DNA of 60,487 nucleotides, filler included, from Squatina squatina (Eukaryota): NCBI GenBank assembly GCA_031763465.1. It is 3 parts of 3 records of this genome, joined end to end, with 100 filler letters (N's around TTAATTAATTAA, not from the genome) between each part and the next. Parts side by side here need not be neighbours in the genome. Positions count along the whole stretch, not along the records: positions 16,045 to 37,303 come from JARFOE010000013.1; 2 more parts are not named here. One strand, given 5' to 3'. Shown here piece by piece: positions 25,905 through 37,403 of this stretch. Position 1 is the stretch's first letter. Each line of letters opens with the position of its first letter. Under the pieces are notes generated by a model. That model did no database searches. It was given only the letters and a program-made list of their open reading frames with translations, and was not told the origin of the DNA. The position numbers and the translations under genes were made by a program.

Positions 25905-26150
25905 CGCCAGGGCTCAGGGGGCAGCACTCTGGCCTCCGACTCAGGAGGTCATGGGTTTAAGCCCCACGCCAGCGACTTGAGCACAAGAATACAGGCTGGT
26001 GCTCCAGGGCGGTACTGAGGGAGCACTTACGGATGAGGCGTTAAACCGAGAACCCCTCCTCCTCTCTCAGGTGGACGTAAAAGATCCCACGGGCACTATT
26101 CTTTTGAAGAAGAGCAGGGGGGAGTTCTCCCCGGTGTCCTGGGGCCAAAG
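25905..26150 (+). mobile_element. Deu-SINE, 5' part
   Basis: Head ggctcagggggcagcactct..gggtttaagcccca plus body, cut by a gap. Confidence 0.8.
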
Positions 26151-26958
26151 TTNNNNNNNNNNNNNNNNNNNNNNNNNNNNNNNNNNNNNNNNNNNNNNNN
26201 NNNNNNNNNNNNNNNNNNNNNNNNNNNNNNNNNNNNNNNNNNNNNNNNNNNNAAGGGAATAGAGGGTTATGCTGATAGATTTAGATGAGGAAAGATGGGA
26301 GGAGGCTCGAGTGGAGCATAAACGCCGGCATGGACTGGTTGGGCCGAATGGCCTGTTTCTGTGCTGTAAAATTCTCTGTAATAAGTTACTGAATTATACT
26401 GAAGCAATTTGAAGACTAGATCTATATTGGGAACTGTCATCCTTATATGGTAAAAGGGCTTACAATTAGAAATAAGCCTGCTCAGGAACCCATCGTACAT
26501 TCTGTCGATGTAAATGTTTGAAACGATGGGTGACCCGAGGCCTGTGATGCAGTGTAACAGGCACAAAGTACATTAGCAAACACAATTCAAAAACAAAGAG
26601 GGCTTGTTTCTTGTAAGAATGTGGAGTTTGCGCCAGACATGGTAAATACAAGTTACAAGAGATTGCACTGTTTAAATCTGAGAATTGAGATTTTCTTCAG
26701 TCAGGCAAGTTAAAGATTAATGTGATTGAACAAAGAGGCACCATGAAAATGCATGAATACAAAAGATGACAAGCCTTGTGCCTGAGGGGAAAAGGTGACT
26801 CAGCTAGCCCTTCACCATGTCTTTATATACACAGCTGTTAATCCGAATATATTTATTTCCAACATATAAGCCTGCATCACAAGCTGCATGTAGATAGTGT
26901 GGTGTCAGCCCTGGCTCAGTGGGCAGCACCCTCGCCTCTGAGGCAGAAGGTCGTGGGT

Positions 26959-27169
26959 TAGGGTGACCAGACGTCTCGGTTTTGCCGGGGCAGTCCCGGT
27001 TTTTCAGCAAACATCCCAGTGTCCCGACAATTACCCGAAAATCGCCGAAACATCCCAGTTTCCAGCGAGCAAGATCAGAGAACTGACTGCACATCCCCAG
27101 TCTTGACAGAGACCTGACTGCACCTGCGCAGATTCGATGGAGACCTGACTGCGCATGCACATTCTCAAC
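26959..27169 (+). mobile_element. hAT-Blackjack-like DNA transposon end inserted in a SINE head (26907-26958)
   Basis: TAGGGTGACCAGACGTC..TTTTGCCGGG.CAGTCCCGG resembles MER81/MER94-type termini and interrupts the SINE head at gggtt. Confidence 0.65.
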
Positions 27170-27827
27170 NNNNNNNNNNNNNNNNNNNNNNNNNNNNNNN
27201 NNNNNNNNNNNNNNNNNNNNNNNNNNNNNNNNNNNNNNNNNNNNNNNNNNNNNNNNNNNNNNNNNNNNNGAAGCAAGAACATTAAATACTTTTTTTTTTT
27301 AAGTACAACATAAATCTGCTCACGAGTCTGACCTTTTTGTAGGTTGGGTGTAAATCTCAACTGAATGCAAGGCGGTGTGTTTTTTTCCGGCCACTTAATA
27401 GGAATAGTCTTTCAGACGAATCGTGCATACAAATGTGTTCTGACTTTAGGTATGCAGGCGATCGCTGCCTCGCTACTATTTCAAAGCTTTGCCATTTAAA
27501 GATTGGTCATTCATTAATCGGATTCTTGTGTTTAAACACTGGCCAGTCTACATGAAAAGTGGTAATCGCTGGCGGTGAGGTACCGTGCAGCAAGTGCTTG
27601 AGTGAGTCAGAGGAATTTAAATTGGACAATAAAGGTATTTAGTTTTGACTTAGTGTGGTTCCAGACATTCTGTTATCAGCAAGGTCAAGTAATTAATCCT
27701 TAGTACAATGTTGGCAGAAAAATATATTAAATCGGACTATTGCTATTGTGGCTCGTTTGGTTTCAAAATAGAAGTGTCTAAAGTTTAAGGGCTGCATAGC
27801 TGTTCAGATATTCTTTGTTAGCTCTGT

Positions 27828-28132
27828 ACGAGACTACTCCAACCCAGTTCTGGCTAGCCTCCCACTTTCTACCCTCCACAAACTTCACCTCATCCAAACC
27901 TCTGCTGCCCATGTCCTAACTCGCACCGAGTCCCGTTCACCCATCACCCCCTGTGCTTGCTGACATACATTGGCTCCCTGTTAAGCAAAGCCTCGATTTA
28001 AAAATTCTCACCCTTGTTTTCAAATCGCTCCATGGGCCACGCCCCCTCCCTATCCCTGTAACCTCCTCCAGCCTTATAACCCTCCGAGATATCTGCGCCC
28101 CTCCAATTCTGGCCTCTGATTTTTAACCGCTT
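27828..28132 (+). mobile_element. L2 LINE 3' fragment
   Basis: DYSN.VLA.LP.STLHKL.LIQ.SAA.VLTRT..RSPITP..HWLPV.Q.LD.KIL.LVFKSL. Confidence 0.85.
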
Positions 28133-28913
28133 NNNNNNNNNNNNNNNNNNNNNNNNNNNNNNNNNNNNNNNNNNNNNNNNNNNNNNNNNNNNNNNNNNNN
28201 NNNNNNNNNNNNNNNNNNNNNNNNNNNNNNNNGGAATGATCGGTAAACTGACACTGTTTTAAGACAAAAATTGGTAACGAGAGCTCTGTTACACTTGAAT
28301 TTCAAAGTACAGAAGCACTGGGATTTTATGTGCCTTTTTGTACACTTTTTTGATCTCCTAAATCATTAGGTTTAAGATACACGCTTTAAGAGTAACTGTG
28401 ACATTTTGAAGTGATCATTTCTCTACTCTCGCTACCCCAGGTGAAACACAACAAAGGTTGTGGGAAGGGGAGGGGAGAGGGACACAGTTAGACAATGGTG
28501 AGCTTTTTCTCTGCTTTTAGTTTAAGTAAGATGCTAAAAACACCAAATTTCGGTAAGAAATACTTTTTTTTTTGCTGAGGAAGGACGCTGAGCAAATCAT
28601 ACATCACGGATTCCAGTTTTTGGAAGCGCTACAGCAAATTTAAGCGGGCCGAGAAATAAAGGTGGTTAGTCACCAATGTTCCCGTTAAGCTGGGCGCGGC
28701 GATATGGAGGTCCCACGAAAGGCTGCTCAATGGCTTTACAACGGAAATAGTGGGAACGTTGGTGGCGCCTCCTGNNNNNNNNNNNNNNNNNNNNNNNNNN
28801 NNNNNNNNNNNNNNNNNNNNNNNNNNNNNNNNNNNNNNNNNNNNNNNNNNNNNNNNNNNNNNNNNNNNNNNNNNAGAAGATCCTAACCTTTTCCTTTCTT
28901 CCCCTTCTTGCAG

Positions 28914-29322
28914 TAAGTGTTCGCCATTGTGCAACTTTGAGGTGGCCATGACAGCGTTCAAAGGGATCTGGACGCAGCAGTTCTGGAAAGCAGTTTCCGG
29001 GGAGTTCCTGGCGATGCTCATCTTTGTCCTTCTCAGCCTGGGTTCCACAATTGGCTGGAGCGGTGAAGATGGACCTTTGAACATTGTCCTCATCTCTCTC
29101 TGTTTTGGACTCAGCATCGCTACCATGGTTCAGTGCTTTGGTCACATCAGTGGGGGTCACGTCAACCCTGTGGTAACTGCTGCCATGGTGTGTACCAGGA
29201 AGCTCAGCCTGGCCAAGGGATTCTTCTACATTCTTGCGCAATGCCTCGGTGCCATCGTAGGAGCAGGAATCCTCTACCTGGTCACGCCGACAGATGTTGT
29301 GGGCGGACTCGGAGTTACCATG
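28914..29322 (+). CDS. AQP4: Aquaporin-4 exon (M23-containing exon, TM1-TM3 and first NPA loop), partial gene
   Basis: Polypyrimidine tract and cAG at 28911-28913, donor ATG|GTAATT after 29322. Encodes KCSPLC...MTAFKGIWTQQFWKAVSGEFLAMLIFVLLSLGSTI...GHISGGHVNPVVT...GGLGVTM, colinear with mammalian AQP4. The M23-equivalent ATG is at 28948. Confidence 0.96.
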
Positions 29323-29417
29323 GTAATTCAATCTCACAAAACTATTAGCCGATTGGGCAGACATGGTGCTGGGTGGGAAGTCAATTATCAAAAGTTATTA
29401 AGAACAATGGGGTCATC

Positions 29418-29586
29418 CTTGGCTCAGTGGGTAGAGCTCTCGCCTCTGAGTCAGAAGGTCAAGGGTTCAAAGCCCCACTCCAGAGACTAGAACACATCTA
29501 GGCTGACACTCCCAGTGCACTACTGAGGGAGCGCTGCAGTGTTGGAGGTGCCATCTTTCGGCTGAGACGTTAAACCGATGCCCCGT
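29418..29586 (+). mobile_element. Deu-SINE, 5' part, in AQP4 intron
   Basis: tggctcagtgggtagagctctcgcctctgagtcagaaggtcaagggttcaaag contains box A/B-like motifs. Confidence 0.85.
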
Positions 29587-29731
29587 NNNNNNNNNNNNNN
29601 NNNNNNNNNNNNNNNNNNNNNNNNNNNNNNNNNNNNNNNNNNNNNNNNNNNNNNNNNNNNNNNNNNNNNNNNNNNNNNNNNNNNNNGTGCTTTCTCACTC
29701 CCAAGTTAGTTGTGTACATGTATAGACCATT

Positions 29732-29753
29732 CACACACACACACACACACACA
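29732..29753 (+). repeat. (CA)n microsatellite
   Basis: About 11 CA units. Confidence 0.95.
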
Positions 29754-31088
29754 CTAATAATTGCTAACTTTGAAGTTTACCTTGTGCAGTAACTTCCAAA
29801 CTTTAACACGAGCCACTGCTCTCGCTCTAACCTTGGTGAATCTGATCAATTCCGTGCCAATACTTGTCTATGAATCCTTGGTGTTAGCGGAAACTGTAGC
29901 GCTAATCCCCTAACAATCCAGCCCTTTTCATTTTTTATTTAAATGTTGCTTTTTTTTTTGACAAAAAACATTCGATTTGTTACGTGGTGGACACATGACC
30001 CTGAGGACTTGTGTAATTCACCTTTTAGTAAATTCAGTTGAATAGTTTGGAGAGGGTTTTTTATTCCTTGCTGAATCAACATGACGAGCTATCTTTATTA
30101 CAATGGGAAACACTGAATTAATTTGTATGCTTTGTCTGTAGGCAAGTGACAGTGAAACAGAAATATTAAATACCTGGAGGTTATATATTTTGGATATTTT
30201 CAATATTAATGTATATGAGAATCTCTGCCCACCTAAAAAAAAAAATTTGATAATGAGTCTTTACAATTGGCAATTGCTTAAGTCCCTCCCCTCCCAGAAT
30301 GGTGTCGAGAAAAATTTAAATATATACTTTATGTCCTTGTGGGACAGTGTGAGGTAGAATTCCAGTATCATTTATGGGAAGTAATGTACTTGGAGGTTAA
30401 CCTTGGCATAGTTCAATGGCTATATAAATTATTATATGGAAACTGTTGGAAGGGTGTACCCATATGCGGTTCACAACAGTTCTCTAAAATGGGTCGATTA
30501 TTAATCTTTCACAAACGTCCCAGTAAAATTCAACTAACGCGATTGTCATACGGCAGCCCAGGTTAACTTTTTTTTTTCATATTGTGATAATCTCAAAATA
30601 CGATTATCATACCAGATCAATATGAGACCATGCGTGAAGTACCATGATTTCAAAAGCATGATTTCTTTTTAACCCATTAGCACCTGGCAGAATGCTTCTG
30701 GTCCACAATGACTGGAAAANNNNNNNNNNGTGCTGGGCGTTGCAGGGAAACCACGAGGGGTGTCGGTCTGATGCGAATTGGTAATGTGTAGAGAGTTCAA
30801 TTACTACAGCCGGTTCGCCGTATTGTACATATATAAATAATGCCGTAGTTTTGGCAGACGAATGTAAACCAATTTGCAGTACTGTACTTAAAGCATTAAA
30901 ATATTTCCTGGTGTGTGCACCTTTTTAATATGAACACTACCTGGACCATTGCTGGAAAATGAGATGGTGGTGGCCAGTATTGGTTAGCGCCAGTGATTAT
31001 CTTTTTTTTTTGAAAAAAAGAAATCATACTCTTTTTCCCAACAATTACTGTATCATGTCATCAAGACAAATCATATCGTGACATCCCT

Positions 31089-31970
31089 ATCACCAGGTCC
31101 GATCTGAGGAAACTCTACATCTCCAGCGCCTTCGATACGAACACCCCCTTTGGATTACTCAATAAGGTCTGGTTCGAGATCTGCATGTACTTCTGCACAA
31201 GGGGGAGGGAGAACCAGAGAGAACTGGAGGAGGACTCCTTTGGCTTGGCCACAGATGAGGATGGGAGAAGATTTGTCTATTATAAAGCTTGTGGACCATA
31301 CCATAAATCTCGCTCGGTAACTTGGAGCAAGAAGAGAATGGTGAATGATGAGGAGAACTTCCCTAGGATGTATGAAACAGGCACAGAGTTCTGCCCTTAC
31401 GCGAGTTTTGTTAAGTATATCTCCAAACGTAACCCTCTCTGTAGGGCTTTTTTTCAAAGACCTAGGGATCATTGCAGTGAAAGTGATGTGACCTGGTATG
31501 AGAACAAAGCCATTGGCAAAAACCTGCTGGGCACCCGGATGCAGATGTTGTCCAAGGCGGCCAAGCTCTCGAAGACTTACACTAATCACTGTATAGGAGC
31601 AGTTTCCATAGCCACCCTGAGCAGCAGTGCAGGTATCGGCAGCAGGTTGGTCCCTCACCGATCTCCCCCAAACACAAATGGCTCCCATCAGCGTCTCCAG
31701 CAATCATGCCCTTACGCCCTCCAAAGCCACGATGGAGAGATCGTAGGGGTGAAAGTGGAGCAAGCCCTGATGACCCCTGCTCTTTACGAACCTATGTACT
31801 CAGATGCCACCTGTTGTCCACCCTCACCAAAAAGACTCTGCACCCGCTCCACCGATCCTGTAGATTCCCAGAATGTAATTCCAAATGGAAACAACCCACA
31901 GGAATCTATGCTGCAGGAGTCCAGTGGCCAGCTTGGAACCACTACATCAATAATCATATCAACTAACCAG
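31089..31970 (+). CDS. KCTD1: KCTD1 long-isoform exon with DUF3504 (Crypton tyrosine-recombinase-derived) domain, 5' part missing
   Basis: Open frame ITRSDLRKLY...PFGLLNKVWFEICMYFCTRGRENQRELEEDSFGLA...WYENKAIGKNLLGTRMQMLSKAAKLSKTYTNHCIGAVSIATL matches the recalled KCTD1 long isoform. Donor CAG|GTAATG after 31970. The 5' boundary is uncertain. Confidence 0.9.
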
Positions 31971-32271
31971 GTAATGCTTGTGCAATCATAGGCTTATCAG
32001 ATCATCTGATTTTTAAAGCCACCTTTTGAGTAAAAGAAAAGAAAAGCTGTGATGTGTGTTGCACGGGAACTTGAGCTTTATCAAAGTCGCTGTCTGAATG
32101 TAAAGTAATTTAGGAGGTGAACGAATATATTTATTATAGGCCAATCATTTGTAAGCTTAAAATTGAAATTGTTTCATTCCATCCTCTGTCCGCATTTAGT
32201 TTAACTTTTTCTCGGGGAGGTGGGCAATGTTGGTTTGAAAGCTTTTTCAGACGATTTGAGAATATCATAAG

Positions 32272-32415
32272 CAATGCTCCCTCTAATTTCTTTTCCTGTG
32301 CGTGGTCCCTTTAACACGCAACGTGACCCATTCAAATTTTTGTGTGTGCGCGGTTTCTTCATGTAAAGGCTTGCGCGGGAACGCCAGACGGCCACGCAGC
32401 TTGGCGGGAGCGTTG
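32272..32415. mobile_element. hAT-type MITE (144 bp)
   Basis: TIRs CAATGCTCCC...GGGAGCGTTG; perfect 8-bp TSD ATCATAAG at 32264-32271 and 32416-32423. Confidence 0.9.
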
Positions 32416-32618
32416 ATCATAAGTAGAGTTTACATTTTGTGATGATTGGTAACTTGATCGGACAAATGTATTGTGATTTTTAAATTCAGATGAGATTTCA
32501 TTTTCGGCGTGCAGTTTAGATTCACAGGAGAAGAACTTTTTTTTTCCTGCCTAAGAAAAATGGCACAGTAGCAGGAGTCGGCCATTCAGCCCATCGAACC
32601 TGCCCTGCCATTCTGCTC

Positions 32619-33050
32619 GTCAGCCGTGGCTCAGTGGGTAGCACTCTCCGCCTCTGAGTCAAGTCCCACTTCAGAGACCTGAGCACAAAAATCTAGGGCG
32701 GCACTCCCAGTGCAGTGCTGAGGGAGCGCTGCACTGTCAGAGGTGTCGTCTTTCAGATGAGACTTTAAACCGAGGCCCCGTCTGCTCTCTCAGGTGGACG
32801 TAAAAATTGCCACGGCCACTATTTCGAACCAAGAGCAGGGGAGTTTTTCCTGGTGGCCTGCCCAATATTTATCCCTCAATCGCTGTAACAGACTATCTGG
32901 TCATTATCATATTACTGTTGCTGTGAGCAAATTGGCTGCCGAGTTTCCTACATTACAACAGTGACTACACTTCAAAATAAGTACTTCGTTGGCTGTAAAG
33001 CGCTTTGTGACGTCCTGAGGTTGTGAAAGGTGCTATAGAAATGTAAGTTT
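32619..33050 (+). mobile_element. Near full-length tRNA-derived Deu-domain SINE (SacSINE1/AmnSINE1-like)
   Basis: Box-A-like head tggctcagtgggtagcactct, body aaaccgaggccccgtctg..caggtggacgtaaaa..aatatttatccctca, tail tgtaaagcgctttg..aaaggtgctatagaaatg. Many further copies in the window. Confidence 0.85.
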
Positions 33051-33394
33051 TCCTTTTCTTTTTCTTCTCTTTCTCTCTTTATTTTCTCTTTCTGTCTGTT
33101 AGATCATTTCTGCTCTTTACCTCTGTTTCATTTATCCACCTTTGATCCATATCCTTTGATACCTTTACCTAATATAAATCTGTTCGTCTCAGTCTTGAAA
33201 ATTTCAATTGATCCAGCATTCACAGCGTCTTGGGCAAAAGAGTTCCAGGTTTCCACTTCCCATTTGTGGGTGGAANNNNNNNNNNNNNNNNNNNNNNNNN
33301 NNNNNNNNNNNNNNNNNNNNNNNNNNNNNNNNNNNNNNNNNNNNNNNNNNNNNNNNNNNNNNNNNNNNNNNNNNNTTTAACTTTTTCCAGTCCT

Positions 33395-33490
33395 GAGCTG
33401 AAACGTTAACTCTGTTTCTCTCTCCACAGACGCTGCCTGACCTGCTGCGTGTTTCCAGCATTCTCTGTTTATTTCAGATTTTCAACAGTA
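33395..33490 (+). mobile_element. Penelope-like element terminal fragment
   Basis: gaaacgttaactctgtttctctctccacaga.gctgcctgacctgctg..tttccagcatt; recalled family, assignment tentative. Confidence 0.45.
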
Positions 33491-33567
33491 TTATGTTTTT
33501 GTATTATTTTTTGATATCTGTAGTGCAAATGCCTTTGGGTGCCTTTCAGTACGGGCCGAGTTTCTAA

Positions 33568-34023
<456 letters not shown>

Positions 34024-35309
34024 TAGTAAGTTAACTGCATGATTTTTTTTTTTGTCATGTAGACACTATTCAGGAATATTTTCACACAAATTAAAAGATA
34101 TTGGCGTAGATATTGGGACACCGAGCACTCGTTTTGCAGATGCTACGCAGCCTCCTAAGTCACCAAAATGGCGGTCAGGAAGTGAGCGCCCATTTCCAAC
34201 CGGATGTGCGCCGTCCACCATATTGAGTTGGGAACCAATGAGCTGTGTCCTTTACGAATGCATCNNNNNNNNNNNNNNNNNNNNNNNNNNNNNNNNNNNN
34301 NNNNNNNNNNNNNNNNNNNNNNNNNNNNNNNNNNNNNNNNNNNNNNNNNNNNNNNNNNNNNNNNCAGCTTCTCCAGTCTCTCCACATAACTGAAGTCCCT
34401 CATCCCTGGTGCCATAAAAGAATAAAAAAGGAAAAAAAAAGTAAATTCATGCGCAGTCCAAAAGTGGACAATGATATTGGCAGAAGTAGTAGAGAGACTA
34501 AAAGAAATCTTTTGTAACAAATGCAGCTCCCAGTGCACAGAAGCTAACGTTAACAGTGTGACAGAAATAAGTAGCCGCCATCCAGCGCTGTATATAAACA
34601 GTCTCCATAGCATTTATTTTTGGAACGATGGAGCTAAATTGTATGCGTGGAACAATATTTCCGACAGTAAATGCTCAATTATCCCCCATAATTGGACTAG
34701 GCAGAGAGTCTGTCTTGTTGTCTCTCTGGTGTGCTTCGCGAAAAAAACAGCACGAAAAGGTCACCAGCATCGTAAACAAAAACAAATGTGGTTTATAATT
34801 CAAGCCAGAACTTTAGACCGTTTTTTATTTAAAAATAACATTTTCTTTTAACGAGGGTGTGTGTTAATACGGACAAACATAATTCCAGGACCAACGAGTC
34901 TACAACTGATACTTTATACCACTTATACTGGGGGGGGGGGGGGGTTAAGGAAAAATGAAATAAATCTTAACTGAATGAAGACTGCGGAGCTTATTAAAAA
35001 CTTACAATCCAAGCTACCAAAAGAATTTCATTAACAAGCTCGGCATCAATTGTGCAGCAAGAAAGGTTTCAATCGAGTCATGTACAAAGAGCTTCAAATT
35101 AAGGATTCTCTTTACCAGTTCAGGAACTACAAGCTTGAAGGAATTCAATCAAATAGAGTCTTCCCCTCCAACCATTAGCACAGCACTGCCTGCGAGGTCT
35201 AGTTAGGAGGATTAACTACAAAAAGAGATGGGAGGTGATATTCCATCAGTTTCTGCAGAACAAAGCGCAAAAGCCCAGTCCATCACAAGTCAAAATAATG
35301 TGAAGACTG

Positions 35310-35869
35310 AAAAAAGAGAAAGTAAACTATGAGGGCAAACTAGCGAGGAATATAAAAACTGACAATAAGAGCTTCTTTAAGGTTATAAAAAGGAAGAGAG
35401 AGGTCAAAGTGAACATAGGCCCCTTGGAGAATGAGGCTGGGGAAATAGTTATGGAGAACAAGGAAATGGCAGGTGTTGAACAGATATTTTGCATCAGTCT
35501 TTACGGTAGAAGATACTACAAATATCCCATCAATACTAAAAAATGCAGGGGAGAAATTAAATATCATCACCATCACTACAGAATTAGTATTGGGCAAACT
35601 AATGGGGCTAAAGGCTGCTAAGTCCCCTGGACCTGATGGTTTGCATCCTAGGATCCTAAAAGAAGTGGCTAGAGATAGTGGATGCATTGGTTGTAATCTT
35701 CCAAAAATCCTTAGATTCTGGAGGATTGGAAAACTGCCAATGTGACACCCCTATTCAAAGGGGGGGAGGCAAAAAGCAGGAAACTATAGGCTGATTAGCC
35801 TAACATCTATTGTTGGAAAAATGTTAGAATCAATTATTAAGGAAGTAATAGCAGCACATTTGGAAAATC
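35310..35869 (+). mobile_element. CR1 LINE ORF2 fragment
   Basis: NIGPLENEAGEIV, LNRYFASVFTVED, KSPGPDGLHPRILKEVA, then ANVTPLFK..NYRLISLTS, with frameshifts. Confidence 0.9.
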
Positions 35870-35969
35870 NNNNNNNNNNNNNNNNNNNNNNNNNNNNNNN
35901 NNNNNNNNNNNNNNNNNNNNNNNNNNNNNNNNNNNNNNNNNNNNNNNNNNNNNNNNNNNNNNNNNNNNN

Positions 35970-36075
35970 AACATGACAACAGTAACTACACTTCCAAAAA
36001 GTACTTAATTGGCTACAAAGCGCTTTGGGACGTCTTGAAGTCGTCAAAGGCGCTATAGAAATGCAAGTCTTTCTT
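35970..36075 (+). mobile_element. Deu-SINE tail
   Basis: aagcgctttgggacgtc..aaggcgctatagaaatgcaagtct. Confidence 0.75.
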
Positions 36076-36740
36076 TTCTTTTTTTGCTCACGTTAACGTA
36101 CATTTCACCTCAATGATACATATTCAGAAAATTTCAATAATTATTCACAAAAAACTGAAGGCTTCAATGCTCCTGTTAACACTGCACCCACAAAGAGGAT
36201 AACTTGCTAAACTGAGCGATTTATAGATTTCTAAACATGTACCAAGATGTCAACAATGGCGAGCTACATTTTATGCCTTGTCTGGCACCAGCGTGCACAT
36301 TCTACACCTGTGGGAATGCAAACGGTGCANNNNNNNNNNACAATTCAGAGACACCGACACCGCGCCCATCCATCCAACAAAGCAAAGTCCAGGCAAAACC
36401 CGCTCATTTACAGACAGTATAACTGGGGAGGTCACGAATGCTGGTTCAGCAAAATGCAGGAGCAAAACAGTGACAGACAGTTGATGTGGGGGCGCTCACC
36501 CATCGCCCTGGTCTTACTCGAGGTGTAGTTAAAGCCACAGGTAGAAGATCAGCCATGGTCCTACTGAATGGCGGAGCAAGCTCGAGGGTGGCAGAGGACC
36601 GACTCCTGGCTCCTATTTCTTATGTTCTTAAACACGTGCNNNNNNNNNNNNNNNNNNNNNNNNNNNNNNNNNNNNNNNNNNNNNNNNNNNNNNNNNNNNN
36701 NNNNNNNNNNNNNNNNNNNNNNNNNNNNNNNNNNNNNNNC

Positions 36741-36910
36741 CGGTATACTGGCCAATATTTATGAGCTGGTCATTATCACATTGCTGCTTGTGGGAGCTTG
36801 CTGTGCACAAATTGGCTGCTGCGGCTCCTACATTACAACAGTGACTACACTCCAAAAGCACTTCATTGATGTCCGACGGTCGTAAAAGGCTCAATATAAA
36901 CACCAGTCTG
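36741..36910 (+). mobile_element. Deu-SINE, 3' part
   Basis: ctggtcattatcacattgctg..gtgactacactccaaaag. Confidence 0.75.
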
Positions 36911-37303
36911 TATTTTAAAGCATCTACATTACGGACTGCAGCTCTACGTTAATTCCCACCTCCCCTCCAATTGGAGTGTATTCAGAGTAAATTATTCCAA
37001 GATTTAGGTTCCACTTTATGGAAAGGGACCCTTCGAACATAACTTGTTGGCTCCCCATTGGAGAAAAGAAGGCTGGAGGGGGAGGGGAGAGAAGATGATC
37101 TGAGTCTTTTAAATGCTGAGAGGGATAGATAATGCAGTTGTAAGCAGGTTATTTAATTTGGACTGTGAGCGCAGAACTAGAGGACGAATATGAAATTAGT
37201 CAGCCTCAGGCAACGCGAGAGATTAGAAAAAAAATGTTTTTCCCACAGAGCAGGAGAGATGTGGAACAGACTCCCGGCAAAAGCAGTTAATGCTTTCTCG
37301 ATT

Positions 37304-37403
37304 NNNNNNNNNNNNNNNNNNNNNNNNNNNNNNNNNNNNNNNNNNNNTTAATTAATTAANNNNNNNNNNNNNNNNNNNNNNNNNNNNNNNNNNNNNNNNN
37401 NNN
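37304..37403. other. Artificial scaffold-concatenation linker (N44-TTAATTAATTAA-N44)
   Basis: Same structure as the first linker; 12-mer at 37348-37359. Confidence 0.97.

Noticed and set aside
29420-29490. tRNA gene
   Set aside because: It is the tRNA-derived head of a SINE and continues into the SINE body.
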